64,000 nucleotides of DNA from Eledone cirrhosa (Eukaryota). A program made the position numbers and the translations under genes. Every line of letters begins with the position of its first letter. Within the stretch, counting starts at the first letter, position 1. The stretch is from positions 31,186,001 to 31,250,000 of the forward strand of contig OZ024751.1 of NCBI GenBank assembly GCA_964016885.1. Reading direction: 5' to 3'. The notes below the pieces were generated by a model that saw only the letters and a list, made by a program, of their open reading frames with translations, did no database searches and was not told the origin of the DNA. This document shows, piece after piece, positions 1-12,581 of the stretch.

Positions 1-432
1 CTCTAACATCACTCCTTCATAGTCAGCCTATGAATGAGGTTTATTTTTCAACATAGTCCCTGGAAAGAAGTAATGCAGTTATTAATAAGAAGAGTTTAAA
101 TTAATGCATGTAAGATTTCCCAGCTCTAGCATCACTCCTTCATAGTCAGCCTTTGAACATTTCAGCCCACCCTCATACAAAACAGCACTAAATCGTTCCT
201 CCAATACTGTACATTTTTACAACAATCTGTCCACAAGTAAAAATACTATAAATATTTGAATTAACAAACCTGTTGTTAGATATTTTCTGCTAAATCATTA
301 CAGGATGTAAGTAATCAAAGAGCTTGGTTACTATAGTTGTAAGTAAAAGTTCACCAACTAGAAAGTGACTGTAGTATGTGTTCCCTCACAGAAAGCAAAT
401 GACATGAGTGATAATTATATCACTAACAAGTG

Positions 433-493
<61 letters not shown>

Positions 494-1075
494 GTGCATA
501 TATATATATATATATATATATACGTCTGTGTGATAAAATTAATCCTATGAAACAAGTGAAAATTCAATCTAAGTATTTTCTATAACAATTAATCTAAAAG
601 CTTTACAATCTAAATAAGTAGCTTAGAGTCTGGTATTGATCTTGAAAAGGGTCACCAGTAAAGCACGTAACCCAAACTACATCACATACATCCCAATAAA
701 TACATTATTCATTATCTGTAAAGCAATTTCATTTATTTATTTATCAGCAATTTTTTTTTTTCAGCCTGTGGCATTTGAGATATTTATGGGAGCTGGACAA
801 TGAAGTTTTTATCATTGTTGGTGGATCATCTAACTGACATATTAAATGATGCCCTCAACTGTGCTTGGTTATTCCAGTGTCTTAGCCTCGCTATCACCTG
901 TAGCAATGCAGCAAGTGTATTGGTTTGCTTCAAAAATTTATCAAGCAAAACACCAACATCCCTTCTTCTTGTTATGTGGCATATGACTGAGTGTGTTGGT
1001 TTTTCACACTTTTTTGTTATTTTCTCTATATCTCTTTTTTTCTTTTTTGTATAAAATAAATTGTGTTTCATCATC

Positions 1076-1256
1076 TGGCAGTAACAGTAGAGGGTCGGAC
1101 GCCATGCTTTGACGCATAGAGTTACGGCCCTTGCCATTCTGAGTTCAAATGCCGCCGAGGTTAACTTTGCCTTTCATCCTTACAGGGTCGATAAAATAAA
1201 GTACCAGTAATGTACTGAGTAATTGCTGGCCTTGTGCCAATAGTAGAAACAATTAT
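1076..1256 (+). mobile_element. SINE family 1
   Basis: Near-identical to 47405..47587. Confidence 0.85.
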
Positions 1257-2022
1257 TTTAACATCCACTTTTCCAGCTAGCAAGACTTATTTATTTATTT
1301 AATGAAGACATGAATGTTGAATCTAAAAATCAGATTCCTTTTCAGGTTTAATTTATATCGAAAGAGGCAGTGATTTGGCAGGTCATCAGATGGAATGTTT
1401 TGCTGTATTCAAATCAATTCTCTACAAACTGAGTTCAAATCCTGCCAAGATCAATAAAAAAAGTTCCAGTCAAATACAGGGGTTGATTCTTCCTCTATAT
1501 TTCTTTCTCAAATCCTCTCTCCTCCTTCCCTAGAAATTGGTTGTATTCAGACCTGAAGAGGGGATGGCCCACACCAGGTTTAAAGCACCTAAGACACCTC
1601 ATATATCACTACATCACTACAGTGCCCATAAGATTCTATTGGGAGTTACCGGTCTCTCTCTCTCTCATATATATCATCATCATCATCAACGTTTAACGTC
1701 CGTGTTCCACGCTTGCATGGGTTTGGACGGGGGTAGTCCCACTTGAGGCAAGAGTGATTGTCTTGCTCGCATAGGACTGTCTGGCAGGTTTTCTACAGTT
1801 GGATGCCCTTCCTAACACCAACCACATTTACAGTGTGGGTCTGGGAGGTTTTTACCGTGTTGCCTACACGGCCACATTACAGCGTGGACTGTGTGTTTTT
1901 TTGTCGTGACACCTACACGATCTCATTTGTTTTGGCCTGGATGGCGCGGCACCAACATAACTTTACATAGAACGGGGTGGTGTGGATGGGGTGGGGGTGG
2001 TGGCGGGACGGGGTGTATTTTG

Positions 2023-2292
2023 TTAGAGATGCCTACTGGCAAGGCGGGTCTTCTCTGTTACTGAGTACCGCCAAAGGTCTCGGTCCAGTGACATTGTCTT
2101 GGAGAGGTGTAAGTGTGTGAGGTCGGAGTTTATCAGCTCATCCCATGTTTTTCTAGGTCTGCCTATTCCGTGGCTACCGTCTATCTTTATTGCCCTGCAT
2201 TTTGTTATACAGCTATCGACTTTCATGCGCATCACGTGTCCATACCAACGCAGCCTTCTCTCGAGTAAACAACATCTGATCCCTCTTATCAT
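2023..2292 (-). mobile_element. RTE LINE 3' fragment
   Basis: RRLRWYGHVMRM..GRPRKTW. Confidence 0.85.
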
Positions 2293-2511
2293 ATAATGTA
2301 TAAGATCAAAATATATATATATATATATACGAAGGTAGGCTGAAAAGTTCATAGGCTGACTATGAAGGAGTGGTGCTAGAGTTGTGAAATCTTTGATGCA
2401 TAAATTTCAACTCTTTGTAGCATTGTTTCTTTCCAGGGATTAAGATGAAAAATAAACCTCATTTGGTCATTCCATAAGAGTATCTTGGTCAGGCTATGAA
2501 GTTTTAAGCTC

Positions 2512-2564
<53 letters not shown>

Positions 2565-3154
2565 TATATATACACACACACAGAGTGAAAGTTGCATGTG
2601 TCTTTCTTTTCCCAGTTACTGAGAACATGTACACCTGTGTCATTTGAAATTCACTTCACAGCCACACCAACACCCACTTGTGTTGATGGCATTAAAGAAA
2701 TAAGACAAAGCCTGTATGATTCAGACTTATAATTACAGACAGTACTACTCTAGACCACACATACACACAAACACATATACACACAGAGACACAAACACAT
2801 AAGTTTATACACAGACACATACATACACACAAACATATACTCTTTTACTCTTTTACCTGTTCCAGCCATCCGGCTGAGGACATGCATATATACGCACAAA
2901 CATATACACACAGAGACACATACACACACATACATATTACATACACAGAAGTATATACACATACATACACACAAACATATACACATACACACAAATATAC
3001 ACGCATATACACACACACACACCAATCTACAATAGAGCTGAAGTTTACATACAATACAATGGCACATTGGATTGCTGATTACCATGGATATTCAAATGTT
3101 TGTATAAGATCTGAATGGTTAAAATAGCACAGATTCCTTTAAAGTAAAGAAAAT

Positions 3155-3210
<56 letters not shown>

Positions 3211-3213
<3 letters not shown>

Positions 3214-3401
3214 GAAGGAAATGTGGTAAGGAACCAGATGGACCATAACGCACCAAAGTACTCAATACTTAGGGTAGTAGAGTGGGTAATAGGAACGAGT
3301 AGGACCCCGACGGCTGAGCTCAAGCCGTTTCGACGACTAATTTTGGACTCAGAATTAGCCGTCGAAACGGCTTGAACTCAGCCGTCGGGGTCCTACTCGT
3401 T

Positions 3402-3406
<5 letters not shown>
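3211..3406 (-). mobile_element. Fold-back 'hairpin+tail' mini-element family A
   Basis: Inverted repeat 3289..3406 plus ~80 nt tail, (TA)n on both sides. Contains GAAACGGCT..AGCCGTC. Confidence 0.8.
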
Positions 3407-3440
<34 letters not shown>

Positions 3441-3724
3441 CATGAACTTACTAGTTGTTTCTTTAAGCAGGTAGAGCTCCAGTTCCAATGTTTCTAACCA
3501 GAGATACTGTGATAGCTCAATAATGTTTACAACATCGATATACTCTGACTGTTCAGTTGTTTACAACATTGGATATAGAAGTATATTAGGAGGTGAAGTG
3601 GGAGAATTTTCTTCCCTTCAATAGGGAAATAGTTGGTAAGCAATTGAACAATGTTTATAACAGGTTCTGAATCAAGGGATTGTCTTTAGTCTATTGTTAT
3701 ATACAGATGTCTGGACAAACACAC

Positions 3725-3901
3725 ACACAAATATATACATATATATAATATATACATACATACATTATATTATACATATATACATACATATATATATATA
3801 TATACATACATACATACATATATATATATATACATACATATATATATATATATATACATACATACATATATATATATATACATACATACATATATATATA
3901 T

Positions 3902-3932
<31 letters not shown>

Positions 3933-4171
3933 CATACATATATATATATATATATACATACATACATATATATATATACATACATATATATATATATATA
4001 TACATACATACATATATATATATATACATACATACATATATATATACATACATACATATATATATATACATACATACATATATATATATACATACATACA
4101 TATATATATATATACATACATACATATATATATACATACATATATATATATATACATACATATATATATAT

Positions 4172-4212
<41 letters not shown>

Positions 4213-4215
4213 TAT
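3725..4215. repeat. (TA)n/(TACA)n microsatellite
   Basis: Seen directly. Confidence 0.95.
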
Positions 4216-4329
4216 GAGTGTGTGTGTGTGTATACTGGCGGAGTGGGGAGGAGGGCAGTGGAGAAACAAGGATGGGCTTAAAGCCAATTTATGAAGCATA
4301 CGCATGCAAATGTGTGTGTGTGTGTGTGT

Positions 4330-4374
<45 letters not shown>

Positions 4375-4623
4375 CGCTTGTGTGTGTGTGTGTGTGTGCA
4401 TGTGTATAGAAAGAGATAAATGCATCTAGTTTGTTTTGTGTGTACTGTATACAAATACACACACGAATGTATGTAGACACACACATACACACACGCATAT
4501 ATAGATATACACATATATAGAGAGAGACACTCACACGCACACATATATATGTGTGTGCGTGTGTGTGTACATGTTACGATCACATATAGATACATACACA
4601 CATATATACACACATATATATAT

Positions 4624-4816
4624 ATAGGAACAAGTATGACCCCGACGGCAGAGCTCAAGGCGTTTCTACGGCTAATTCAGTCCAGATTTAGCCGTCGAAA
4701 CGGCTTGAGCTCTGCCGTCGGGGTCATACTTGTTCCTATTACCCACTCTACTACCCTAAGTATTGAATACTTTGGTGCGTTATGGTCCATCTGGTTCCTT
4801 ACCATATATCCTTCGT

Positions 4817-4818
<2 letters not shown>
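4624..4818 (+). mobile_element. Fold-back mini-element family A
   Basis: Hairpin 4624..4739 plus tail; reverse-complement match to 3211..3406; (TA)n flanks. Confidence 0.8.
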
Positions 4819-4848
<30 letters not shown>

Positions 4849-5014
4849 CATATATACACACATATACACACAACAAAGTCTTTACAATCGAGAGCTGAAA
4901 GATTAAACTGTAGAAGGTGGGGGGGGGGGTATAATTAATTAAGATAGAACAGAGGAAAATGTTAGACAATTTCCAACACAACCTATATTTCTATATTTCC
5001 ATTTTTATATTAAT

Positions 5015-5188
5015 AACTGCATGTCAACTGCCATGTCAACTGCCATGTCAACTGCATGTCAACTGCCATGTCAACTGCCATGTCAACTGCATGTCAACTG
5101 CCATGTCAACTGCCATGTCAACTGCCATGTCAACTGCCATGTCAACTGCCATGTCAACTGCCATGTCAACTGCCATGTCAACTGCCAT
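5015..5188. repeat. 12-bp tandem repeat (aactgccatgtc)
   Basis: ~14 units, some 11 bp. Confidence 0.95.
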
Positions 5189-5345
5189 TTTATCATTGTT
5201 ATGATCTTTGTTGAAGTCGTTAGTAAAGTTGGCAAATTTGGTCAAGTTTCTGTGTCATGGGAACATAACAGTACTGAAGTTTTCACCATCATCATCATCT
5301 GTGTATGTGTGCGCATGTATGTATATACATATATATGTGTATGTG

Positions 5346-5682
5346 AAGGCGCATGGTTTAGTGTTTAGAGCATTGGGCTTACAATCGTGAGGTTGTGAGT
5401 TCAATTCTTGGACCGGACTTTGCATTCTGTTCTTGAGCAAGACACTTTATTTCACGTTGCTCCAGTTCACTCATCTATAAAACTGAGTTACGACGTCACT
5501 TGTGCCAAGCTGTATCAGCATTTACCTTTCCCTTGGACAACATTGGTGGCATGGAGAGGGGAGGCTGGTATGTATGGGTTACAGCTGGTCTTCCACAAAC
5601 AATACCTTGCCCAGACTTGTGCCTCAGAGGCGAACTTTCTAGGTACAAATCCCATGGTCATTTGTGACCGAAGGTTTTTTTT
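5346..5682 (+). mobile_element. tRNA-derived SINE family 2
   Basis: ggcgcatggtttagtgtttagagc (A-box), gagttcaattc (B-box), cttgagcaagacactttatttcac. Copies at 35659 (+) and 46150 (-). Confidence 0.8.
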
Positions 5683-6749
5683 ACATATGTGTGGATGTAT
5701 GTATATTGATCATCATCATCAGCAGCAGCATGTATGTGTATCTTTATGTAATTATGTATGTATGTGTGTATTGATCATCATCATCATCAACGCCATTATA
5801 AGCATTATCATCACTTTACTTTTACTTTTGGTTCTCTGCACTCTCTGTGTTCAAATCTTACTGAGGGCAACTTTTAAAACTTTATTTGTCTGCCTGCTCT
5901 ATCATGGCTGACCTAGGGCTAAACAACAACAACAATCTGACCTATATATAGACTACAAAGCTCAATGACATAAATGATAATAACTGTGAAATAAGAGTGG
6001 AACCAGACGTCAGCCATGCAAACTGAGGCAAGAAGATCAAAGATCAGATTTAAACCTTTTGTTACCATATTTCTAATGAAAAACACTGCTTGTAATTTTC
6101 AAAGAATTTGGAGGGATTTAGTGATATAACTAACTTTCTCATTATTAAGCTGATATTTGCAACATAATTTAACAAAATTTCTTACATAAAATTATGGTGA
6201 AAGGTTTTTAGATAAATATAAATATGCGGGACTGCATACGGTTTATTTCTTTTAATCCAGTTAGTAAAATAAGTTGGATTACTTTGAATAAATAATGTAT
6301 GAATATGACATAATTTATGTACTAAATTTCGCAATTTTTTATTAAAATTCAATATAAATAATTTTATTGCTTATTTAAAATTGACTTCTTTTCAAAGTTT
6401 CAAATTATAACACTTCCCATATATCGCCGCCACCACCACCACCACCACTTCAACTACCATATATATATAGAAAGAGAGAGTGTGTGATGAGAGAGATACT
6501 GATAGAGTGATTATGATTTTCTACATGCTGACGCGTATGTGTGTGTATGTGCACATACATACATCTATATGTATGAGTATATAACTATAATCGCGCAAAC
6601 ACAAACTTATAAAAATACACGCTGACGGACAAACATTCACACAAATACACATACTTTCACACAAACACATACTTACATTCACACATATACATTTACACAA
6701 ACACACACATAGTCATGATAGCAGCATTCGATGAGTTGGAAATGGGAGA

Positions 6750-7105
6750 GTAAAATAAAGTACGTTTTATTTATTTATTAACAACACAGTTTAACTCTTT
6801 TTTTAAAAATTCATTTGTATAAAATTTGTCTCGAACGCCACAGGCTGGATAACGTAGCTAGCTGACAGAAAACGCTATTTTCGGATTTTGTTCCATTCAG
6901 CTGCGGATGCTGTAGCTCTCGCCCTTACTGCTGCATCCAGGATGTGGGAAGAAGCAAAAGAGTCACTAACTGTGACGTCCCAGGTAAGGCACCTGCCTCT
7001 TGACCAGGAGCACAGAGTAAGACCGGCAAGTCTTTTCCCATCAATTCTAGACAATCCAGACGGTTCCAAAATTGAGGGGATGTTTGCCCGGGCCAAAGCT
7101 CTTAA
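6750..7105 (-). mobile_element. CRE-like non-LTR fragment (restriction-like endonuclease region); related pieces at ~760-1060 and 9040-9830
   Basis: EPSGLSRIDGKRLAGLTLCSWSRGRCLTWDVTVSDSFA resembles the DGKRPDG..PW..G..L.WD.T motif. Confidence 0.7.
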
Positions 7106-7269
7106 GTAGTAATAGGACAGTGTGTGTGTATGTGCACGCGCGTGATTTTGTCAGCGTTCTTAAATTAGAGACATGTGTGTGTGTGTCACTGTTTTTTAAG
7201 TTAGAGACATATATGTGTGTATCCCTTGCCTTCCTTTTACACACACATACACATTGCGTGATGGACGGG

Positions 7270-7930
7270 TGGACAGATGTCCCTCAAATGTATATACATG
7301 TGAATGGAGTTCTACTGAAGCAGTTAGAGAAGTTCAAGTATCTTGGAGCCGTGTTCATGAGTGATGGAATGCAGGAGGCTGAATTAAATGCAAGAATTGC
7401 AAAAGCTGATGCAGTAATGCTCCAGCCTCAGCAATCAGAAGAAGGGGGTAGGTGTAAAAGCCAAACTCGCTGTCTTCCTGGTATTCCTGCCAACTCTTAC
7501 TGAGGATCATGAATCTTGAGTAATGACCAAAAGAATACAATTGCAAATAAAAGCGGCAGAAATGGAATTCCTCCGAAGAGTCTTCGGAGTAACGTTACTC
7601 GATAAAGTGCATAGCTCAGAGAGTCACTCCTGGTAGAGCCGCTACTTCTCCGAATTGAGAGATCACAACTACGATATTATGAGCATGTGGTTAGAATGTC
7701 TCAGTAAAGAATCGCTGGACACATTTTACAGGCAAAACCAACCGGCAAGGGACCCAGAGGTAGACTCTAAGCAAGATAGTTGGATAACATCCATGAGCTT
7801 GGCTGTTCACGCTTTGGGATCCAGCTGGATCAGTTAGAGATGTTTGCTTCTGACAGACTCGCTGGAAGGAGTGTTTGAGAAGGACTCTGCCCCCATGACC
7901 CTCTCAGAAATAAGTGGACGAAGTAGAAGA
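7270..7930 (+). mobile_element. Degenerate RTE-like LINE 3' fragment
   Basis: LKQLEKFKYLG..ELNARIAKA; eroded downstream RT C-terminus. Confidence 0.7.
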
Positions 7931-9180
7931 TATTGTCAATTTACTTTTCAATTTACATATATATATTTGTGTATGATACCAATATGCACACTACATATGC
8001 TAGCAGAAAACCGCCCTCGGGCAGTTTTTCTGTTAGTATGTCTAATGAAAGACACATAAAATTATCCTGGAAGATTTTTAAGATAAATATAAATACCATA
8101 TTTCTAATGAAAGACACTGTTGGTGTTTGAAACATAACTTAACAAAGGTTCTTACATAAAATTATGGTGGGAGATTTTTAGATAAATATAAACAATTTAA
8201 CCCTTTCATTACCATATTTCTAATGAAAGATACTGTCACTAATAATTTTGAAGATATTTAGTAACATAACTAGCTTTCTCATTATTAAACTGATATTTGG
8301 AGCATAACTTAACAAAGGTTCTTACATAAAATTATAGTGGAATGTTTTTAGATAAATATAAACAATTTCAAATAAACAGTTTTCTATCATAGAATCAGGG
8401 ACAGTGTTAGATCTGTGTTATGGTTAATATCACAAACATTTTGCACACTCTTCTGTGTGTGTATGTATGTGTGTGTGTGTGTGTAGTGATGTGTACACAT
8501 GTATGTGCCTGTACATGAGTGTATATGCATGTATGTGTATTTTGTCTTTTGATATGCATATATAAATTTCTAATAACACAGCTGACATCTTAAGCAGTTA
8601 CATGTGTAGTAGTAGTAGTAGTAATAGTAGTAGTAATGGTGGTGGTGGTAGTAGTAGTAGCAGCAGTAGTAGTGGTGGTGGTGGCAGCAGCAGCAACAGT
8701 AGTAGTAGTAGTAGTAGTGCCACTCTATATATTTCAATAGAATCTACAGAAAGGTTTATTGATTATTTTCATCAATATAAAACAACTTCTTTGTATGTAT
8801 ATTATATTATTATAGTATATATATATATATATAAATATATAAATATATATATATATACATATATATATATCTTCATTATTATGATCGTCACTATCACCAT
8901 GATCATCACCTAGGTGTATTTTATTGTGGCATAACACTACCTTCCATTATTGGCATGGTTCATAATGTCACCTACTTTACAGAGTGTACTGGGTGTATTT
9001 TATTGTGGCACCAGCACTACCTTCCATTTTAGATGCCTCTCCTAGTGCCAGATAGTTTTACTTCTTGTCCCAGGGGTAAGGGGTAGATATCTTATTTGGT
9101 ACGTCACAGTCAGTGACTTTTTTGCTCCTTCCCACATTCTGGTGAGGGTCACTGCGTCAATAGACAAACAGAATAACATT

Positions 9181-9398
9181 TTAACCCTTTAGCATTTACA
9201 TTACTCTACTATTATATTTTCATGGTAAAGACTTTATCTCACATAATTATCTCACATAATGTGGAATCTACGAGATTTTGATGATGATATTATTTATTTT
9301 GAGAACAATACCTTAACATCAGTATAGGTGCGCTTTGAACAGAAAGAAGTAAGAGAATTCTGGCTGGATATGGCCAGTTTAAATGTTAAAGGTTTTAA
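9181..9398. mobile_element. TTAA-flanked MITE (piggyBac-like ends); relatives near 6050, 8197, 24256, 34270-34450
   Basis: ttaaccctttagcattt ... aaatgttaaaggttttaa. Confidence 0.6.
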
Positions 9399-9911
9399 AA
9401 TACCAAGAACTATTTGCAAACTATTTTTTCTTCAGCCTGTGGTGTTTGAGATGTTTGGGGAAGTTGGGCCATTGACAATGAACTTCTTGTCATTGTTGGA
9501 GGTTCACCATATCATTGTATCAAGTGCTACTCATGGTGATAGTACTTGGTTATTCCAGTTCTTAGTCTCGCTACCACTCAGCCATATCATTGTATCAGGT
9601 GATACTCCTGGTGAGAGCACTTGGTTATTCCAATGTCTTAGCCTCACTACCACTTGCAGCAATGCCTGCAAGTGTGTTGGTTTACTTCAAACATTATTAG
9701 AAGAAAAACTCCACTAAACCTTGTTGTGGGATGTCATCTATTTCTGCTTGTCTTTTTTTCTCTTTATTTTCTCTCATTACATTCTTCCTGTGAATTTTTA
9801 ATGTTTTGAGAATTTATATAAATAAAATCCTAACCCGCCACTTCTTTTGCTGTCGTCAAATTCACCACATTCCTTCCTGTCGGTCAAAAGGGAAAAGGCA
9901 CATTGACCACT

Positions 9912-10060
9912 TAATAATTATTTCTACTTTTTGGTACAAGGCCAGCAATTATTCCAGTACATTACTGGTACTTTATTTTATCGACCCCGTAAGGATGAAA
10001 GGCAAAGTCAACCTCGGCGGGATTTGAACTCAGACCATAAAGGGCGGTAACTCTATGCGG
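9912..10060 (-). mobile_element. SINE family 1
   Basis: Reverse-complement match to family 1. Confidence 0.8.
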
Positions 10061-10337
10061 CAAATGCCGAGTGTACAAGACAGCTGTGTGTATTTCTGTA
10101 ACTGTGTCAGTGTATGTATTTGGCATGAGATAGTTCAGTTTTTACATATACTACCACCCTGTCAACCCACATGTCTACCTATCTACCCCACAAACTACCA
10201 CCCCCACTTATCAATCAACCCACCTGCTTGAATAATATATTCCTCCATGTTAGCTACAAATACAAACACCAATGGCGTCATCTTTCCATCGTGTTTATTT
10301 ATTTATTTTAGACTATTATGAATTCCTGTAGGAATTT

Positions 10338-10371
<34 letters not shown>

Positions 10372-11161
10372 CATACGTCTAACTTAGAAATGTCAATTCC
10401 TCGAAATGAGTCTTTCCCTTCCCTCCCAATTTGTGTAAATCAGAAACAATTATCCCCATCCCCCTTTTTTTTACCCTATACGAGGTAAGGCGGCGAATGG
10501 CAGAGTCGTTAGAACGTCAGATAGAATGGCAGAGTCGTTAGAACGTCAGATAGAATGGCAGAGTCGTTAGAACGTCAGATAGAATGGCAGAGTCGTTAGA
10601 ACGTCAGATAGAATGCTTTGTAGTGTTTTTCAGGCTCTGTGCACTTCTGAGTTTAAAACTCGCTGAGGTCAATTTTGCCTTTCATCATTTCAGAGGCCGA
10701 TAAAAAATAAACACCAGTCTAGTACTAGGGATCGATTCTTCTCCACCTCTCTCTCTCTCTCCAAGAAATCAGCTGTGTTCCGACCTGGGGATGGGATGGG
10801 TTCGGTCAGTTTTAAAATGCCCAAGACAGGCTGTATGTCACTACGACTTCCTCGGGAATTACGGGTCCATACATACATATACGTGAAACAAATATATATA
10901 TTTATTTTTTAACGATAATAAATATAGTTTTCAAGTATAATATAATTAAAAGTAATGATACTTAATTCATGTCTTCGTTAATTCCAAATGATTTATTAAT
11001 AAAAGAAACTGAAACATCGCAACAGTGAATAGAATGAAAATAAGTTATATGACTTTATTGTTTGATTACATACAAGACAGATTTTATAAAAGAGGAGGAG
11101 GAAAATCGACTGAATTACCAGTTTATTACTTGTATATATTTAACAGCAATATCATTTTTGA

Positions 11162-11345
11162 ATTGGCAGTATCAGTAGAGCGTCAGACACCATGCTTTGC
11201 AGCATAAAGTTATGTCCCTTTACGTTCTGAGTTCAAATCCCGCCGAGGTTAATTTTGCCTTTCATCCTTATGGGATCGATAAAATAAGGCACCAGTAATG
11301 CACTGGAGTAATTGCTGGCCTTGTGTCAAAAGTAGAAACTATTAT
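11162..11345 (+). mobile_element. SINE family 1
   Basis: Match to family 1. Confidence 0.85.
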
Positions 11346-11778
11346 CACGTAACTGGTATTTATCTTATATACCCGGAGAGCAATGGCGCACCTACTAACT
11401 AGATTTCTATAGATTATTTAGCTTATAGCTATGTCTAGCACTAGCTAAACTGAGACCCCCGAGGGTGGGTAGCCCTAAGCTACACCTGATAAATGAAAAT
11501 GTTAACGAATGTTAATCTTTCCACTTTGGAAATATCAGGTTTCCTTCCGGATATTTTCTGAGTCCTGATATTTCCCCTCAGATTAAGAATGGCTGAAGTA
11601 GAGTTTTACAACCGATAGTCAACCAGTTGTATAAGGAGGTTCGTTCGGCTAAATAAACGTTAAATTTCATTGAAAGGGGTCGACCAAATAGAGAGATGGT
11701 TTTTATTATATAAACATAGTGTATTCTAGTCAACAGCAATACACACACACACACATATATACACACACATACACACAC

Positions 11779-11821
<43 letters not shown>

Positions 11822-12280
11822 CACACACACATATATATACACACACACACATATATACATACACACACACATATATATATACATACACACACACACATAT
11901 ATATAAATATATATTGTGGAGCAATATATATATATATATATATATATTGTCTTTAAGACATCTCTCTAGGAGAAGGCCACTCTGATATAAAAACCTGCGA
12001 CTTTGTTTGCATCCAATGATGTAGACCAGTTCTTCTTTTTAGGTAAATGCGTTCGATGTTCAGAGAGTGGGATTGGCCCCGTGCAAAGCCTTTCCTCGCT
12101 TAAAAAAGCTTCAAGCACAGGCATCGCTTGATATGTGACATTTTTTGCGAAGCATGACTCTGCTGGCCATAGACAAGTCCCTTACTGGACTAAAAATCCA
12201 CGTCCGTAATGCTCATACTTAAGAATCAAGCAATGGCATTACTCGAAATCGAGTTGCAGCCATCATATATATATATATAT

Positions 12281-12479
12281 AACGAAGGAAGTGTGGTAAG
12301 GAACCAGGTGGACCATAACGCACCAGAGTACTCGATACTTTGGGTAGTAGAGTGGGTAATAGGAAAATAGTCAAGACGCCGACGGCAGAGCTCAAGCGGT
12401 GTTACGGCTATCTCTGAGTCCAGAAATAGCCGTCGAAACGGCTTGAGCTCTGCCGTCGGAGTCTTGACTCTTTTCCTAT
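12281..12479 (-). mobile_element. Fold-back mini-element family A
   Basis: Tail plus hairpin 12359..12479; (TA)n flanks. Confidence 0.8.
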
Positions 12480-12581
12480 ATATATATATATGTATATATA
12501 GTAATAATAATAAATTTGAAGACTAAAATCCAAAGAGGGCTCGATAAGGATAAATATATATCAAATATATAAGAACCGTAG

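Noticed and set aside
5346-5420. tRNA gene
   Set aside because: A/B boxes continue into a multi-copy SINE body, and there is no intact cloverleaf.
10497-10615. 29-bp direct repeats as CRISPR
   Set aside because: No spacers; derived from a SINE head.
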